Position numbers and translations under genes: made by a program. From NCBI GenBank assembly GCA_002753305.1, contig PEAC01000006.1, forward strand, positions 265 through 64,264: a stretch of 64,000 nucleotides of DNA, given 5' to 3'. Below the pieces are notes generated by a model, which did no database searches, was not told the origin of the DNA, and saw only the letters and a list, made by a program, of their open reading frames with translations. This document shows positions 46,755 to 57,087 of the stretch, one piece after another; position 1 is the first letter of the stretch, and each line of letters opens with the position of its first letter. The stretch comes from Nitrospirae bacterium MYbin6 (GTDB taxonomy: Bacteria; Nitrospirota; Thermodesulfovibrionia; Thermodesulfovibrionales; Magnetobacteriaceae).

Positions 46755-47603
46755 ATGAATTTAATGATAGCTTTCAAGAGATTTATGCGGCGGTTATTCA
46801 GTCCTATAACCGTTATGGTTATACCTCATAACGATGAGAAGACATATAGGTTTAAGTTGCCTTCGGTTGGCGCTGTGTTGGTGATTGCCCTATGGTTTTC
46901 CTTGACCGGCTATGTCATTTCGGTAGGTGTTACGACCCAAAAATATAACGAAATCAAAGACAAGGCCGAATACTACCAGGAACAGTTTAAGGATCTGCAC
47001 ACTACCGTAAATTCCCTCAAGAAGGCCGAGGCTCAGTTTAAAAAGCTCTTTTCCGTGAAAAACAAGGAGGAGGTCTTTAAGGATCTTGATACCACCGATT
47101 CAGGATCGATAGATATCGAGATGCTGAGGCGGCAGATAGAGAAATCCGTCGAGACGGCCGGGGCGATTAAAGACTACATCAGGCAGCAAAAAGATATGTA
47201 CTACGCAACCCCGCAAGGGCCGCCCGTAAGTGGCTCTTACATCAGCTCAGACTTCGGATACAGGACACACCCAAGGACCGGCAGGAAGGAATTTCACTCC
47301 GGCTTAGACCTGCCGGCCTCTCCCGGCACACCTGTTAAGGTAACGGCAGACGGTATCGTAAGCTTTGCCGGCCTAAGCGGTGGCAGCGGTAAGCTCGTAG
47401 TTATCGAACACGGTTTTGGCTACACTACATGTTACGCGCACAACAAAGAGATTGCCGTAGCCGTAGGACAAAAGGTCAAGCGTGGTACAGTAATCAGTTA
47501 TGTCGGTTCGACCGGAGACTCAACAGGGCCACATCTCCACTATGAGGTCTGGAAGGACAGCGTCCCAAAAGACCCGACAAAGTTTTTGGATAAAAATGTT
47601 TAA
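46755..47603 (+). CDS. M23 metallopeptidase (Csd1-like), membrane anchored
   Basis: HSGLD, YAHN, GPHLHYEV; N-terminal TM and coiled coil. Confidence 0.92.
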   Translation: MNLMIAFKRFMRRLFSPITVMVIPHNDEKTYRFKLPSVGAVLVIALWFSLTGYVISVGVTTQKYNEIKDKAEYYQEQFKDLHTTVNSLKKAEAQFKKLFSVKNKEEVFKDLDTTDSGSIDIEMLRRQIEKSVETAGAIKDYIRQQKDMYYATPQGPPVSGSYISSDFGYRTHPRTGRKEFHSGLDLPASPGTPVKVTADGIVSFAGLSGGSGKLVVIEHGFGYTTCYAHNKEIAVAVGQKVKRGTVISYVGSTGDSTGPHLHYEVWKDSVPKDPTKFLDKNV

Positions 47604-47976
47604 TAAAAAACACGACAGAATAGAAACGTTAATCGGCCTGAACTCATTAATAAAGGGTACTGTCGAGCTAAAGGGTACACTCCGAATAGACGGCACTTTT
47701 GAGGGCAGTGTAAAGGCCGACTGGGTTGTTGTCGGGGAGAAAGGCCAGATGAAAGGCGATATTTACTCTAATGGCGTAACTGTTGGGGGTTATGTCGAGG
47801 GAAATATCAATGCGCACGAATATATTGAAATCATGTCTAAGGGCAAGGTAATGGGCGATGTCCTGACAGAAAAACTGGCCATCCTCGAGGGTGGCGTCTT
47901 CGAGGGACACTCTAAGATGCAAAAGGGCAGGCCTCAGGGTGAAATCTCAGTGGATTTTAAAAATCAGATCGAATGA
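47596..47976 (+). CDS. Bactofilin (CcmA-like polymer-forming cytoskeletal protein)
   Basis: ETLIG...LRIDG...GGVFEGHSKM; ATG 47596 overlaps the M23 stop. Confidence 0.9.
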   Translation: MFNKKHDRIETLIGLNSLIKGTVELKGTLRIDGTFEGSVKADWVVVGEKGQMKGDIYSNGVTVGGYVEGNINAHEYIEIMSKGKVMGDVLTEKLAILEGGVFEGHSKMQKGRPQGEISVDFKNQIE

Positions 47977-48115
47977 CCCGCGCCTGTTCATCGGCCCCTG
48001 CTGCCTGTGTTATTTCATCGGCCACAATGGCCCGTGCCTTTGCATCGGTACAAATGCTGCGTCCAACTATATGGGCTGCACGGCCAATTAAGCTTTATTT
48101 AGAAGAAGGCCATTA

Positions 48116-48499
48116 GTGAAAGACAACATAACAAAGATAAACGGTTTTATCGGACGAGGGGTAAATCTCGTAGGGAAACTCTCTTTTGACGGTATCCTTC
48201 GCATAGATGGAAAGTTCCAGGGAGAGATAGACGCGGCAGGGACGCTGGTCGTTGGTGAAGACGCTGTCCTGGAGTCTATGATAAGGGTTGGCACTGCCCT
48301 CATCTCCGGTGAGGTCAGAGGGATTGTCGAGGCCGCCAATAAAGTGGAAATCATGTCTGCCGGCAGGATGTTTGGCGACATCAGGACACCAGCTATTGTA
48401 ATATATAAGGGGGCGGTATTCGAGGGGAATTGTGAGATGGGAAGCTGTGAACCGGAGAAACACTTGCCCGCTGAAATCGGCCCTGCTGAAAATGAGTGA
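48116..48499 (+). CDS. Second bactofilin
   Basis: LRIDGKFQGEI...GAVFEGNCEM. Confidence 0.9.
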   Translation: MKDNITKINGFIGRGVNLVGKLSFDGILRIDGKFQGEIDAAGTLVVGEDAVLESMIRVGTALISGEVRGIVEAANKVEIMSAGRMFGDIRTPAIVIYKGAVFEGNCEMGSCEPEKHLPAEIGPAENE

Positions 48500-48529
48500 A
48501 TATATGGGAAAAAAGGTTAAACAGCATCT

Positions 48530-49213
48530 GTGAAAGATACCGTAACGCTGCTTATCTATAAGGACAAAAGCGGCAAGGCAAAAAGCCTTAAGATGAGGCT
48601 GTCCACCTTCAGGATCCTCTGGATGGCCATCATAATCCTTCCCCTGGTTTCTGTGGCCGCTTCATATTTGTCAGTAAAGCTGTATAAAGAAAACAAGGAT
48701 ATGCTTATCGAAATGGGCGCAATCGTAAAAGAAAACACCAAATTGCGAGATTCGATAAAACACAACGAAGCCGCCGGTAAAACGCTACCTCTGCCTGAAA
48801 AGGCTATAAAACCTGCGGAAACCGCCGAATTCCAACCCACAAACGAATTTGAGGATAAGGCCGTCAATACCGGTAAAGTCGATATAGAAAATATACTGGT
48901 ATCTGACCCCGGCGCGGACAGGTTTACACTATATTTTGAGGTGGTAAAGGGTAAGGTAGCCACAGAAAAAATATCCGGATATGTCTTTGTCATGTGGAAG
49001 GCGGCAGATAAATATTATTCCATGCCGTTAGATATTGCAATTACCGCAGGAGTACCAGCCAGTTATAGCGACGGCGAAAAGTTCGACATCAGATATCGGA
49101 AGCCCTTCACTGAGAAAATCCCCTCCGATATTAAATCCATTCAACTCCTATATGTTTTAGCATATGACGAAAAAGGCAACATCATATTAAAGAAAAATGT
49201 TAAAATAATGTAA
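48530..49213 (+). CDS. Membrane-anchored hypothetical protein
   Basis: N-terminal TM, coiled coil, beta-rich C-terminus; stop overlaps the next start. Confidence 0.65.
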   Translation: MKDTVTLLIYKDKSGKAKSLKMRLSTFRILWMAIIILPLVSVAASYLSVKLYKENKDMLIEMGAIVKENTKLRDSIKHNEAAGKTLPLPEKAIKPAETAEFQPTNEFEDKAVNTGKVDIENILVSDPGADRFTLYFEVVKGKVATEKISGYVFVMWKAADKYYSMPLDIAITAGVPASYSDGEKFDIRYRKPFTEKIPSDIKSIQLLYVLAYDEKGNIILKKNVKIM

Positions 49214-51036
49214 TGGTAAAAGATAGCCGTACTGGCAGAATATATACATATATCAGCGTTGTTCTGTTCACAACCGCCTTGTTTATGTTACTCAGTTTGG
49301 ACGTTTGCCTTGCCAAGACCAACCATGAGGTCTATTTCGAGAATACCGACTATGAGCTTCATGTGTACAAAATACATGGCACTGACCCCGGCAAGACACT
49401 GCTGATCATTGGCGGTATCCAGGGGGACGAATCCGGTGGGTATCTCTCCGCCGACCTGTATGCCGACATGGCCCTTAAAAAGGGCAGCCTGATTGTCGTT
49501 CCGAGGGCTAATTTCCTATCTATTATCAAGCACAAACGGGCAATCAACAACGACATGAACAGGAGGTTTGCCATAAACTCCAGGGAGTACTACGAAGACA
49601 AGGTTGTCGAGATACTCAAGGCCCTCATAGATAAAAGCGACTACCTGTTAAACCTGCATGAGGGTTCGGGGTTTTACTCGGATACATGGGAGAGCGACCT
49701 GGCCAACCCAAAGCGCTTCGGGCAGTCCATTATTGCCGATACGGATGTTTATAAAACGGACTCGGGCAAGGTTATCAATTTGGCGGGGATTGCCGGTGAG
49801 ATCGTCGAAAAGGTAAACTCCAACATAAAAATTGATCGGCACCACTTCAGGTTTAACAATCACAAGACATTCGAGAAGGACACCACGCACCCGGAACAGC
49901 GTAAATCCGCAACCTACTATGCCCTCTCGACACGCGGCATACCGGCCTTCGGTATTGAGACATCAAAAGAGATAACCGACATCGAAAAAAAGGTGAGATA
50001 CCAGACAATGGTCATCAATGCCTTTATGGATAAATTCGGTATAGTACCCGAGACGCCAAAGATAGTCCTGGACCCGCCTAAACTTAAATACATGGTACTG
50101 TCCGTTAACGGTGTCGACCGGCTTGTCCACAACAATGGGGAAATAAAAGTCCAGAGAGGCGGCCAGGTAAAGATAGTTGAAATCGCCGCAAATTACAAAA
50201 GAGGCCTCAGCGTAGAGGTTAAGGGGCTGGGTACTGCAAACGCCATCAACAAAGAATTCGCCATTAATTCACCCATGAAGGCACTCGCCATGAAAGACGG
50301 CTATAAGTGTGGTGAGATAAGAATCTCCATAGACGACGAAAAAACACAACAGGCGCAGATCTCAAAACAAAAGGCCTTTAAGTACCTCATCCTGGAGTTA
50401 AACGGCGTAAACCATGTACTCAGAGACAAGGAACGCTTAAATATAATAAAAGGAGACCATATGAAACTCCTCGATATTGTCGTTGAGGGCATCTCAGCCA
50501 ATGCCCTGACGGTAAATCTACTTGGGTTTGTAGGCGACAAAGAGCATAACACCGGCGAGGACAGGGGTTATAAGATAAACACGGCAAAAGACCTCATGCC
50601 GAGATATTCACTCAACAAAGAGGGAAAACAGTATACCGTGGAGATTGCCACGGGGAAGTCCATAATGGCCAGTGTGTATATAGACATTGAGGAGCCAAAG
50701 ATGGACTACATTGTTCTGAGGCAAAACAAGGGATGGAAGCGCTGGTACTCAAACGGCGAGCTGATAACAGCGTCTATAAGCGACAGCCTCGAGGTCGTCG
50801 ATGTAAAGACTAACGTAAACGGCAATAAGGGAATTTCCGTGAGCCTGGAGAAATCGGCAGCCAAAGGTAATACCGATTATAGCCTGCCAATCGGTGAGGC
50901 CGTCACCTTTGACGACAGGGCATTCAAAGAAGGAGGCCAGTACAGCCTGACGATAAAAAGAGAAGGTATCGTTATAGGAAAGACAAATATAAAGATAGGC
51001 CGTCCCGTTGCAAGCCTCGATAAGGTCGGCAACTGA
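49213..51036 (+). CDS. Csd4/Pgp1-like zinc carboxypeptidase (M14/M99)
   Basis: GGIQGDE (Gln as first metal ligand), DMNRRF, LNLHEGSGFY, RFGQSII, IETSK; N-terminal signal/TM. Confidence 0.8.
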   Translation: MVKDSRTGRIYTYISVVLFTTALFMLLSLDVCLAKTNHEVYFENTDYELHVYKIHGTDPGKTLLIIGGIQGDESGGYLSADLYADMALKKGSLIVVPRANFLSIIKHKRAINNDMNRRFAINSREYYEDKVVEILKALIDKSDYLLNLHEGSGFYSDTWESDLANPKRFGQSIIADTDVYKTDSGKVINLAGIAGEIVEKVNSNIKIDRHHFRFNNHKTFEKDTTHPEQRKSATYYALSTRGIPAFGIETSKEITDIEKKVRYQTMVINAFMDKFGIVPETPKIVLDPPKLKYMVLSVNGVDRLVHNNGEIKVQRGGQVKIVEIAANYKRGLSVEVKGLGTANAINKEFAINSPMKALAMKDGYKCGEIRISIDDEKTQQAQISKQKAFKYLILELNGVNHVLRDKERLNIIKGDHMKLLDIVVEGISANALTVNLLGFVGDKEHNTGEDRGYKINTAKDLMPRYSLNKEGKQYTVEIATGKSIMASVYIDIEEPKMDYIVLRQNKGWKRWYSNGELITASISDSLEVVDVKTNVNGNKGISVSLEKSAAKGNTDYSLPIGEAVTFDDRAFKEGGQYSLTIKREGIVIGKTNIKIGRPVASLDKVGN

Positions 51037-51068
51037 ACTTGTAACATAATACAGCAGGGGGAATTTCG

Positions 51069-51461
51069 ATGAGGAAAATAGTTATTCTGGCAGCATTGCT
51101 AATCTTAGTTTCAGCGGTCCATGCGTCGGCTCAGGATATGGAGATGGTAGAGTCCATTGACGGCTATTATGTTAAAATGATCGTACTTAAGAACAATCCA
51201 CCAGTTGTTGGGGCTAATTCAGTTCTCTTCCAGTTGACCGATTTGTCGGGCAATTGGGTAACAAACATTACCGACATAGGGGTAACTTACGAAGTGTCCG
51301 GTTTTATGCCAAGAAGAATCATGCCTGTTACCAATACCAACATGGGTTACTCGGGCGTAATGAACATATACACGGCGGCCTCCTATGATGTGTTTTTCGT
51401 GTTTGTACGCGGTACTGAAAAGCAGCGCGTCGTGCGTTTTACCTTCCAGACGAGGGGATAA
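51069..51461 (+). CDS. Secreted YtkA/FixH-like beta-sandwich protein
   Basis: Signal peptide (ASA-Q), NPPVVGAN motif. Confidence 0.55.
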   Translation: MRKIVILAALLILVSAVHASAQDMEMVESIDGYYVKMIVLKNNPPVVGANSVLFQLTDLSGNWVTNITDIGVTYEVSGFMPRRIMPVTNTNMGYSGVMNIYTAASYDVFFVFVRGTEKQRVVRFTFQTRG

Positions 51462-51516
51462 TGCGCAAAACGCCCCCACAAACAACTAAAATCAACGATT
51501 AACCGGCTATTACTAG

Positions 51517-53175
51517 TTATTTCTCCGGGGCATTTTTCTGATACCTCTTCGGCACGTACCATTTTGGCAGATTATAGCCTATGCCGATTGTGGTTGGCTT
51601 GATTCCCATGAATTTCTTGTTCACGGCGACCAGGGCATCGGGTACGTAGAGAAACACATAAGGGAGTTCGTCGGCCAGGATGTCCTGAATCTTGTAGTAT
51701 GCCTCTTTGCGTTTATTGAGGTCGAATGTGCGTCTGCCAGCATCAAGAAGTTTGTCGACTTCGGGGTTTGCGTAGCTGACGAAGTTAAACTCCTTCTCCT
51801 TTGTCTTACTTGAGTGCCAGATGTCGTACTGGTCACCGTCCAACCCTATGCCCCAGCCGAGGATTACGGCGTCGAAGCGCTTTTTATCTATGAATTCGTT
51901 CAGAAACGTACTCCACTCCAGGGCGCGAATATTCACCTTTATACCAAGTTGTTTCAGCTTCCACTGAATTATGGTGGCTGTCTTCATCCGAAGGGGGTTG
52001 CCCATGTTTGTAAGGATGCTAAACTCAAACGGGACGCCGTTCTTTGTTAAGACACCCATGTTGTCCTTCCAGCCGGCCTCGGCAAGCAAGGCTTTGGCCT
52101 TATCCAGGTCAAACGGATATTTTTTCACATTGGGGTTATATGGCCATGTGTTTGGTACGTACGGGCCGGTTGCCGGGGTGGCAAGCCCAAATAGTACGAT
52201 ATCAATTATCTCCTCTTTGTCTATGGCATGGGCGATTGCCTGCCTTACTTTTTTATCCCCGAAAAACCTATGTTTCAGGTTAAAGCCCAGATACGTATAG
52301 GAAAAGACCGGATAGCGGTACTTATTAAAATTCTCTTTAAAATAGCCGGAGTCCGTCTGTTTCCTGAACTGAATGGGGGTGAGTCCCATAAAATCTATCT
52401 CCCCGGCCTGAAGCGCCATAAACATTGTGGACTGGTCGGGAATTATCCTGTAGACATATTTATCTATATAGGGGCGGCCATCAAAGTAATCGTGATTTGA
52501 CGAGAGCACTACCTCCTGTCCTGAGACCCAGTTATTGAGCTTATAGGGCCCCATGCCGACGGGTTTTCTTATCAACGGGGTCTTGGTTATTGGAACACCG
52601 GCAAGGAGGTGTTTTGGCAGGACTGCAAGGCTGCTCCAACTGTTTAAGGCCGGGGCGAAGGGTTTTTCATACGTAACCCTGAACGTGTAGTTATCCGGGG
52701 CCTCGGCAGTTTTCACCTGTAGAAAGTCCTCCTTATAAGGTGTGGGGGTCTTTTCGTCGATGATTGTCTTATACCCAAAGAGTACGTCCCCGGAGGTGAA
52801 CTCCACACCGTCCGTCCAGTGAACACCTCTTCTGAGGTGAAAGGTGATGGTGAGGCCGTCGGGGGAGATCTCCCAGCTCTCGGCAAGGTCGCCTATAGTG
52901 CTTAGGTCTGGGGCGTATTTCACGAGTCCGTTAAAGATATTGCCGGAAACGGCATGTGATGCGCTGTCACCGCCAAGAACGGGGATGAGGACGCCTGGCT
53001 CTGCGGTCATCCCCTCGACCAGAGTGCCGCCATAGGCGGGCGCGCCGCCGCCTTCAGCCTCCGTCAAATGGCCTGCTCCTGCCTGAGTCCGGCCGTCTCC
53101 TGTGCGTGAATCGCATGAGTAGAGGGCAATTGCTATCAGTAATATAAATATGTTTGTGATAAACATTGTTTTCAT
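51517..53175 (-). CDS. Peptide ABC transporter substrate-binding lipoprotein (OppA/DppA family)
   Basis: Lipobox-like LYSC; GDLAESWEISPDGLTITFHLR, PVGMGPYKL, VRQAIAHAID; start 53175 or 53166. Confidence 0.92.
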   Translation of the reverse strand: MKTMFITNIFILLIAIALYSCDSRTGDGRTQAGAGHLTEAEGGGAPAYGGTLVEGMTAEPGVLIPVLGGDSASHAVSGNIFNGLVKYAPDLSTIGDLAESWEISPDGLTITFHLRRGVHWTDGVEFTSGDVLFGYKTIIDEKTPTPYKEDFLQVKTAEAPDNYTFRVTYEKPFAPALNSWSSLAVLPKHLLAGVPITKTPLIRKPVGMGPYKLNNWVSGQEVVLSSNHDYFDGRPYIDKYVYRIIPDQSTMFMALQAGEIDFMGLTPIQFRKQTDSGYFKENFNKYRYPVFSYTYLGFNLKHRFFGDKKVRQAIAHAIDKEEIIDIVLFGLATPATGPYVPNTWPYNPNVKKYPFDLDKAKALLAEAGWKDNMGVLTKNGVPFEFSILTNMGNPLRMKTATIIQWKLKQLGIKVNIRALEWSTFLNEFIDKKRFDAVILGWGIGLDGDQYDIWHSSKTKEKEFNFVSYANPEVDKLLDAGRRTFDLNKRKEAYYKIQDILADELPYVFLYVPDALVAVNKKFMGIKPTTIGIGYNLPKWYVPKRYQKNAPEK

Positions 53176-53176
53176 T

Positions 53177-53635
53177 TTAATATAATCTAAATATTCCATC
53201 ATCTGAAGAGATATCTGGTTCGCCTATAATCAATGGCGGCACGCCAATTTTGTCATTAAGGCTTATTAGATATTTATCAAAAGTGTCTACAATTGGGATT
53301 TCTGACTCTATTGCAGATGCTATATGTATTGCATCATTGGGACGAAGAGCGCTGTAATCCCACAACAGGTTTCTCGATGATTCCGCGATGTGACGGTCAA
53401 CGTTAATCAGAACGATATACTCATTCTCAAAAAAACAACTGATTTCATCTGATTTGCGTCTGTCTATTTTTGGTTTAGTATTTAAATAGATTACCTCAGC
53501 CATAGTCAATACGGATGTGACTATTTTAATTTCTCCTGCTTCGGCTTTTGCTATTACTTCTTTACACTTCTCATATCCAAATTCTTTATTAAGCCAACGC
53601 AAGCAACAAGATGAATCCCAATACCTTTGTTCCAA
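53177..53635 (-). CDS. PIN-domain (VapC-like) protein
   Basis: YWDSS, SVLTMAE, DAIHIASA, TFD acidic tetrad. Confidence 0.85.
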   Translation of the reverse strand: MEQRYWDSSCCLRWLNKEFGYEKCKEVIAKAEAGEIKIVTSVLTMAEVIYLNTKPKIDRRKSDEISCFFENEYIVLINVDRHIAESSRNLLWDYSALRPNDAIHIASAIESEIPIVDTFDKYLISLNDKIGVPPLIIGEPDISSDDGIFRLY

Positions 53636-53638
53636 TAA

Positions 53639-54451
53639 CTATTCTCCTAATATACCGCATATTTGTTCGGCAGTTGGAATGTCTTCTTTGTTCCTGAACA
53701 ATCTCAATTTTCGGACTTGAATAATTTTAGGTGTGCCATATTGATCATAACTAATCATGCCGAATATAGATATGCGTTGTCCAAACGCCTTAGCCGCTGC
53801 TTCTAAAGCCTCCGAACGAAGCTCCTCCGGAATACTACATCTTACAGGTTTATCGTTTAAGGTATCATAAATCGTAAACTTAAGGCCGCCTCTTTCGGAG
53901 ATAACTTGCAGCTTCCCTTCTACCGAACCTAAACTCTTGTAACGATTACCTGTTATTGTATCAATATTAGCAGCCACACGCCTCGTCAAAGCATGGGAAT
54001 CTTCATTAATAACAATATATATTCCAGTGAGTCCATTACTTTCTGCACTCAGAAGTAATGCCAGATTTTGTAAGTATTCCAATGCTTTGTCTGAAAAATA
54101 TTCCGGCCTGTCGGTATTAGTTTCTAATTTGCCGATACCGTAGTGTATCGCGTTAACCGTTTTTTCAATTATATCGTTGTTTATTTCTCTAACTACAGGG
54201 TTATTAAGTAATATGATACTGCCATGCTCTACAGTTACAATCCATTTTACAGGTTTTCTTGTGCCGGATACCTGCGCCGATACCTCATCGACAAAGTCGT
54301 AAAACGTGCAGATGCTGTCTCTCAGCAATTCAGACGCAATGTTCTCGCCCTTTAAGGTAAGCGCAATTGTATTCTTTTTTGTACTGTCTATAGCCATTGA
54401 AAGGCTTGCCATTGCCTTATCTCCATCAGTTTTCACGCTGTTTGCAGCCAT
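53639..54451 (-). CDS. Hypothetical protein, upstream partner of the PIN gene
   Basis: ~270 aa, AT-rich; HGS motif and C-terminal OB-fold-like SVEGKL...ISIFG; start chosen at ATG 54451. Confidence 0.7.
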   Translation of the reverse strand: MAANSVKTDGDKAMASLSMAIDSTKKNTIALTLKGENIASELLRDSICTFYDFVDEVSAQVSGTRKPVKWIVTVEHGSIILLNNPVVREINNDIIEKTVNAIHYGIGKLETNTDRPEYFSDKALEYLQNLALLLSAESNGLTGIYIVINEDSHALTRRVAANIDTITGNRYKSLGSVEGKLQVISERGGLKFTIYDTLNDKPVRCSIPEELRSEALEAAAKAFGQRISIFGMISYDQYGTPKIIQVRKLRLFRNKEDIPTAEQICGILGE

Positions 54452-54482
54452 GATAATAGAGTAACAATATTGCCTGGGGTTG

Positions 54483-55682
54483 TCAAGTGTGAAAGTATGA
54501 AAAGATAACATATTCTATCACCGGCGCGATAAAGTAAAGTAAGACCGCCGGAATTATTTTTTTATAGAGGCCCCATATGTCGGCCATGAAATAGTCTCTC
54601 GTGAGAATCAGGCACACATGGACGGGCGACAACAGCACCCCGGCGTAGCCGGCTGCAAAGGCAAAGGAAAACGAATGGGCATCCAGGCCCGGCAGGCTCA
54701 TAAACAGCGGAAAGGCACTCCCCACAAAGGCCAGCGTAAAGCCCGTCAGAACCCCCGTAACAAACGGCAGCAGAAACAATATCGGAACAATCGGTATGTC
54801 GCGCGCGATCAAATAATTGCTGATATTCACCACAGCCCCTGAGCTTTCAAGCGTGGCCTTAAATAACATCACCCCCAGAATCAGCAGCAGCACCTCTTTG
54901 TTAAACCCATTCATTATTACCTTCCATGCCTCTGTTAAACTAAACCTGAAATAAAGCATCAGCCCAAAGACCATCGCAACCAGGGCATAGTGCAGCCTTA
55001 CGCCAAACACCATAACAAGCGCAAGCAGTATTGCAATGGGCATAAAACTCCACAACGCCCTGTGGGACTTTCTTTCCACCCGAGGAAACGCCCCGCGTAT
55101 GCCCTTCATGCAAAACAACAGGCCGATAATCAGCATTGCCACTGAATAGGGAAGGTTTAAGAGAATCATCTCCTGCATCCCAATGCCGGTAATCACGGTA
55201 AGCAGTACCAGTCCCGGGTAAAGCGGCAATATCGACTCCCACGGATGCCTGTACCAATAATTTGTAAAGGCCTTGTCCTCCTGGGTTAAGTCAAGCCCCT
55301 TTGCGGATTCATCCACCATGGGACACGAAAAATAGGCCCCTCCTATTGACGGCAGCATTCCAATTAACAACGGCATTGATATCAGAACACTTTTCTTATT
55401 TCTCAACATGCCCTTTACGGCCCCTGTCATTACGTTGAGTATGTTTTTCTCTCTTAAAATCATCTCAAGCATTCGGATAAAGGTCAGGGCCACGGCCAGC
55501 TCAAGCGTCGTCTGCGACACAATGGCTGCGTACAATGTGCCGGCTATTGCCTCCGGTCTCATCAGATACATGGCAAAAAGCATTGTGGAGGCTGCCGCCA
55601 GCACATAGCCAACGTGCCATTTCCTGCGAAGCAGGGCTATCATCAACATAAATATGGCGCTTATTTTTATTATATCAGGCAT
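54483..55682 (-). CDS. DUF401-family membrane transporter
   Basis: GMLPSIGGAYFS, NYWYRHPWE, LSPVHVC. Confidence 0.8.
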   Translation of the reverse strand: MPDIIKISAIFMLMIALLRRKWHVGYVLAAASTMLFAMYLMRPEAIAGTLYAAIVSQTTLELAVALTFIRMLEMILREKNILNVMTGAVKGMLRNKKSVLISMPLLIGMLPSIGGAYFSCPMVDESAKGLDLTQEDKAFTNYWYRHPWESILPLYPGLVLLTVITGIGMQEMILLNLPYSVAMLIIGLLFCMKGIRGAFPRVERKSHRALWSFMPIAILLALVMVFGVRLHYALVAMVFGLMLYFRFSLTEAWKVIMNGFNKEVLLLILGVMLFKATLESSGAVVNISNYLIARDIPIVPILFLLPFVTGVLTGFTLAFVGSAFPLFMSLPGLDAHSFSFAFAAGYAGVLLSPVHVCLILTRDYFMADIWGLYKKIIPAVLLYFIAPVIEYVIFSYFHT

Positions 55683-57085
55683 CAGCGCATTCCCCTTGCC
55701 CTCAGCAGCTCATCGACCATTGAAGCGGCCTTGTCCTTTGAGTCTATCAAACCCTCAAGGGTCTGCAGCTCAATAGCTCCGAGGATTTCACTGAATACCG
55801 GCGACGGCACCAGGCCAAAGGTCTCAATTAAATCCCTGCCGGTTATGTACCTTGGGGCCGTCTTACGCGGCAGGTACTCGTGCTCGTAAAACTCAAGGAT
55901 TCCCTTGCATATGCCTATAGTCTCATCACTCCCTTCGGGTTTTGCGGCCGCATCCGCAATCCACACGATAACGTGGGCGTAAATATCCTCCCCCACGGCG
56001 TTTAACAGCCGGATGAGCGCTTTTTTCATCGAATTGAGCCAGTTGCCGCCATCCTGTTTGAACGCTGAAATCCTCATGTGGTTCTTTACGAGTGCGGCTG
56101 CGAGGTCTGTTTCCTTCACCGATGCCTTAAACCTTGCCAATATCGTTCTTACAATCTCCGTCCCCTCGTTTTCATGGCGATAAAAGGATATATGCCCGTC
56201 TGCCATGTGCTCCACGGTGCGATATTTTCCGATGTCGTGAAGCAGCACGGAGAGCTTTACCATAGCTATTTTCTGCGCGGACGTCTTCAGCCAGAATTGA
56301 AAATTTTCTGAAAACGGTAAGCGTGGATTATTGATAATCGACTCGGCCTCCTGATACGCGGCCATCGTGTGGCCAAAAGCATCAAGGTGGTGGTGGCGGT
56401 TTTGCAGAAGGCCTCTCAGACGCTCAAGCTCGGGGATAAGCTCAAAGAGAAGTCCGGTGCCACACGCAGAGCGCACAACTGCCGAGGAGTCGCGGGCAAG
56501 AAAGAGCATCTTTAGCTCCGCCCACAGGCGCTCGGCGGCAGACCCGGAGATAAGCCCTCTGAGTGCCCTGACGGCATCCAGCGTTGCCTGCTCTATGGTA
56601 AAACCCAGCTCAGCGGCAAACCTGAGGGCACGCAACAGCCTGACGGGGTCATCGGCCAGATTATCCTTCGAGACCATTCTGATTACCTTATGTTCTATGT
56701 CCGAAAGGCCGCCGGTTACGTCTGTTAAATCAGATGAATCAAAGATTGAAACGGCAATGGCATTGGCCGTAAAATCACGGCTGAGGAGATCGTCAGCGAT
56801 GCTGCCGCCCCTTAGAGACGTAAAGTCAAATATGCAGTCCCCTTTTACGACCCTCGCGGTCGGAAACCTCTCATGGAGCACGACAAACGCCCCGCGTATA
56901 GTGTTGGCAAAGCCCCTTGCGATTGAAAACGGGTCGCCAATGAGGGCCACGTCATAGTCCCGGCTCTCCCTGTTTAAAATCAAATCCCTGACCGTGCCGC
57001 CAACAACATATGCCTCACGGCATGGGCCGAGCGACTTCCTTAGCGTGTTAATATAGGGCAAGGTTTCAATCACAGCGGCGGCCAT
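55682..57085 (-). CDS. CCA-type tRNA nucleotidyltransferase with HD domain
   Basis: VVGGTVRD...DYD, RDFTANAIA, DPVRLLRALRF, ERLWAEL, LLHDIGK. Confidence 0.88.
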   Translation of the reverse strand: MAAAVIETLPYINTLRKSLGPCREAYVVGGTVRDLILNRESRDYDVALIGDPFSIARGFANTIRGAFVVLHERFPTARVVKGDCIFDFTSLRGGSIADDLLSRDFTANAIAVSIFDSSDLTDVTGGLSDIEHKVIRMVSKDNLADDPVRLLRALRFAAELGFTIEQATLDAVRALRGLISGSAAERLWAELKMLFLARDSSAVVRSACGTGLLFELIPELERLRGLLQNRHHHLDAFGHTMAAYQEAESIINNPRLPFSENFQFWLKTSAQKIAMVKLSVLLHDIGKYRTVEHMADGHISFYRHENEGTEIVRTILARFKASVKETDLAAALVKNHMRISAFKQDGGNWLNSMKKALIRLLNAVGEDIYAHVIVWIADAAAKPEGSDETIGICKGILEFYEHEYLPRKTAPRYITGRDLIETFGLVPSPVFSEILGAIELQTLEGLIDSKDKAASMVDELLRARGMR

Positions 57086-57087
57086 TC

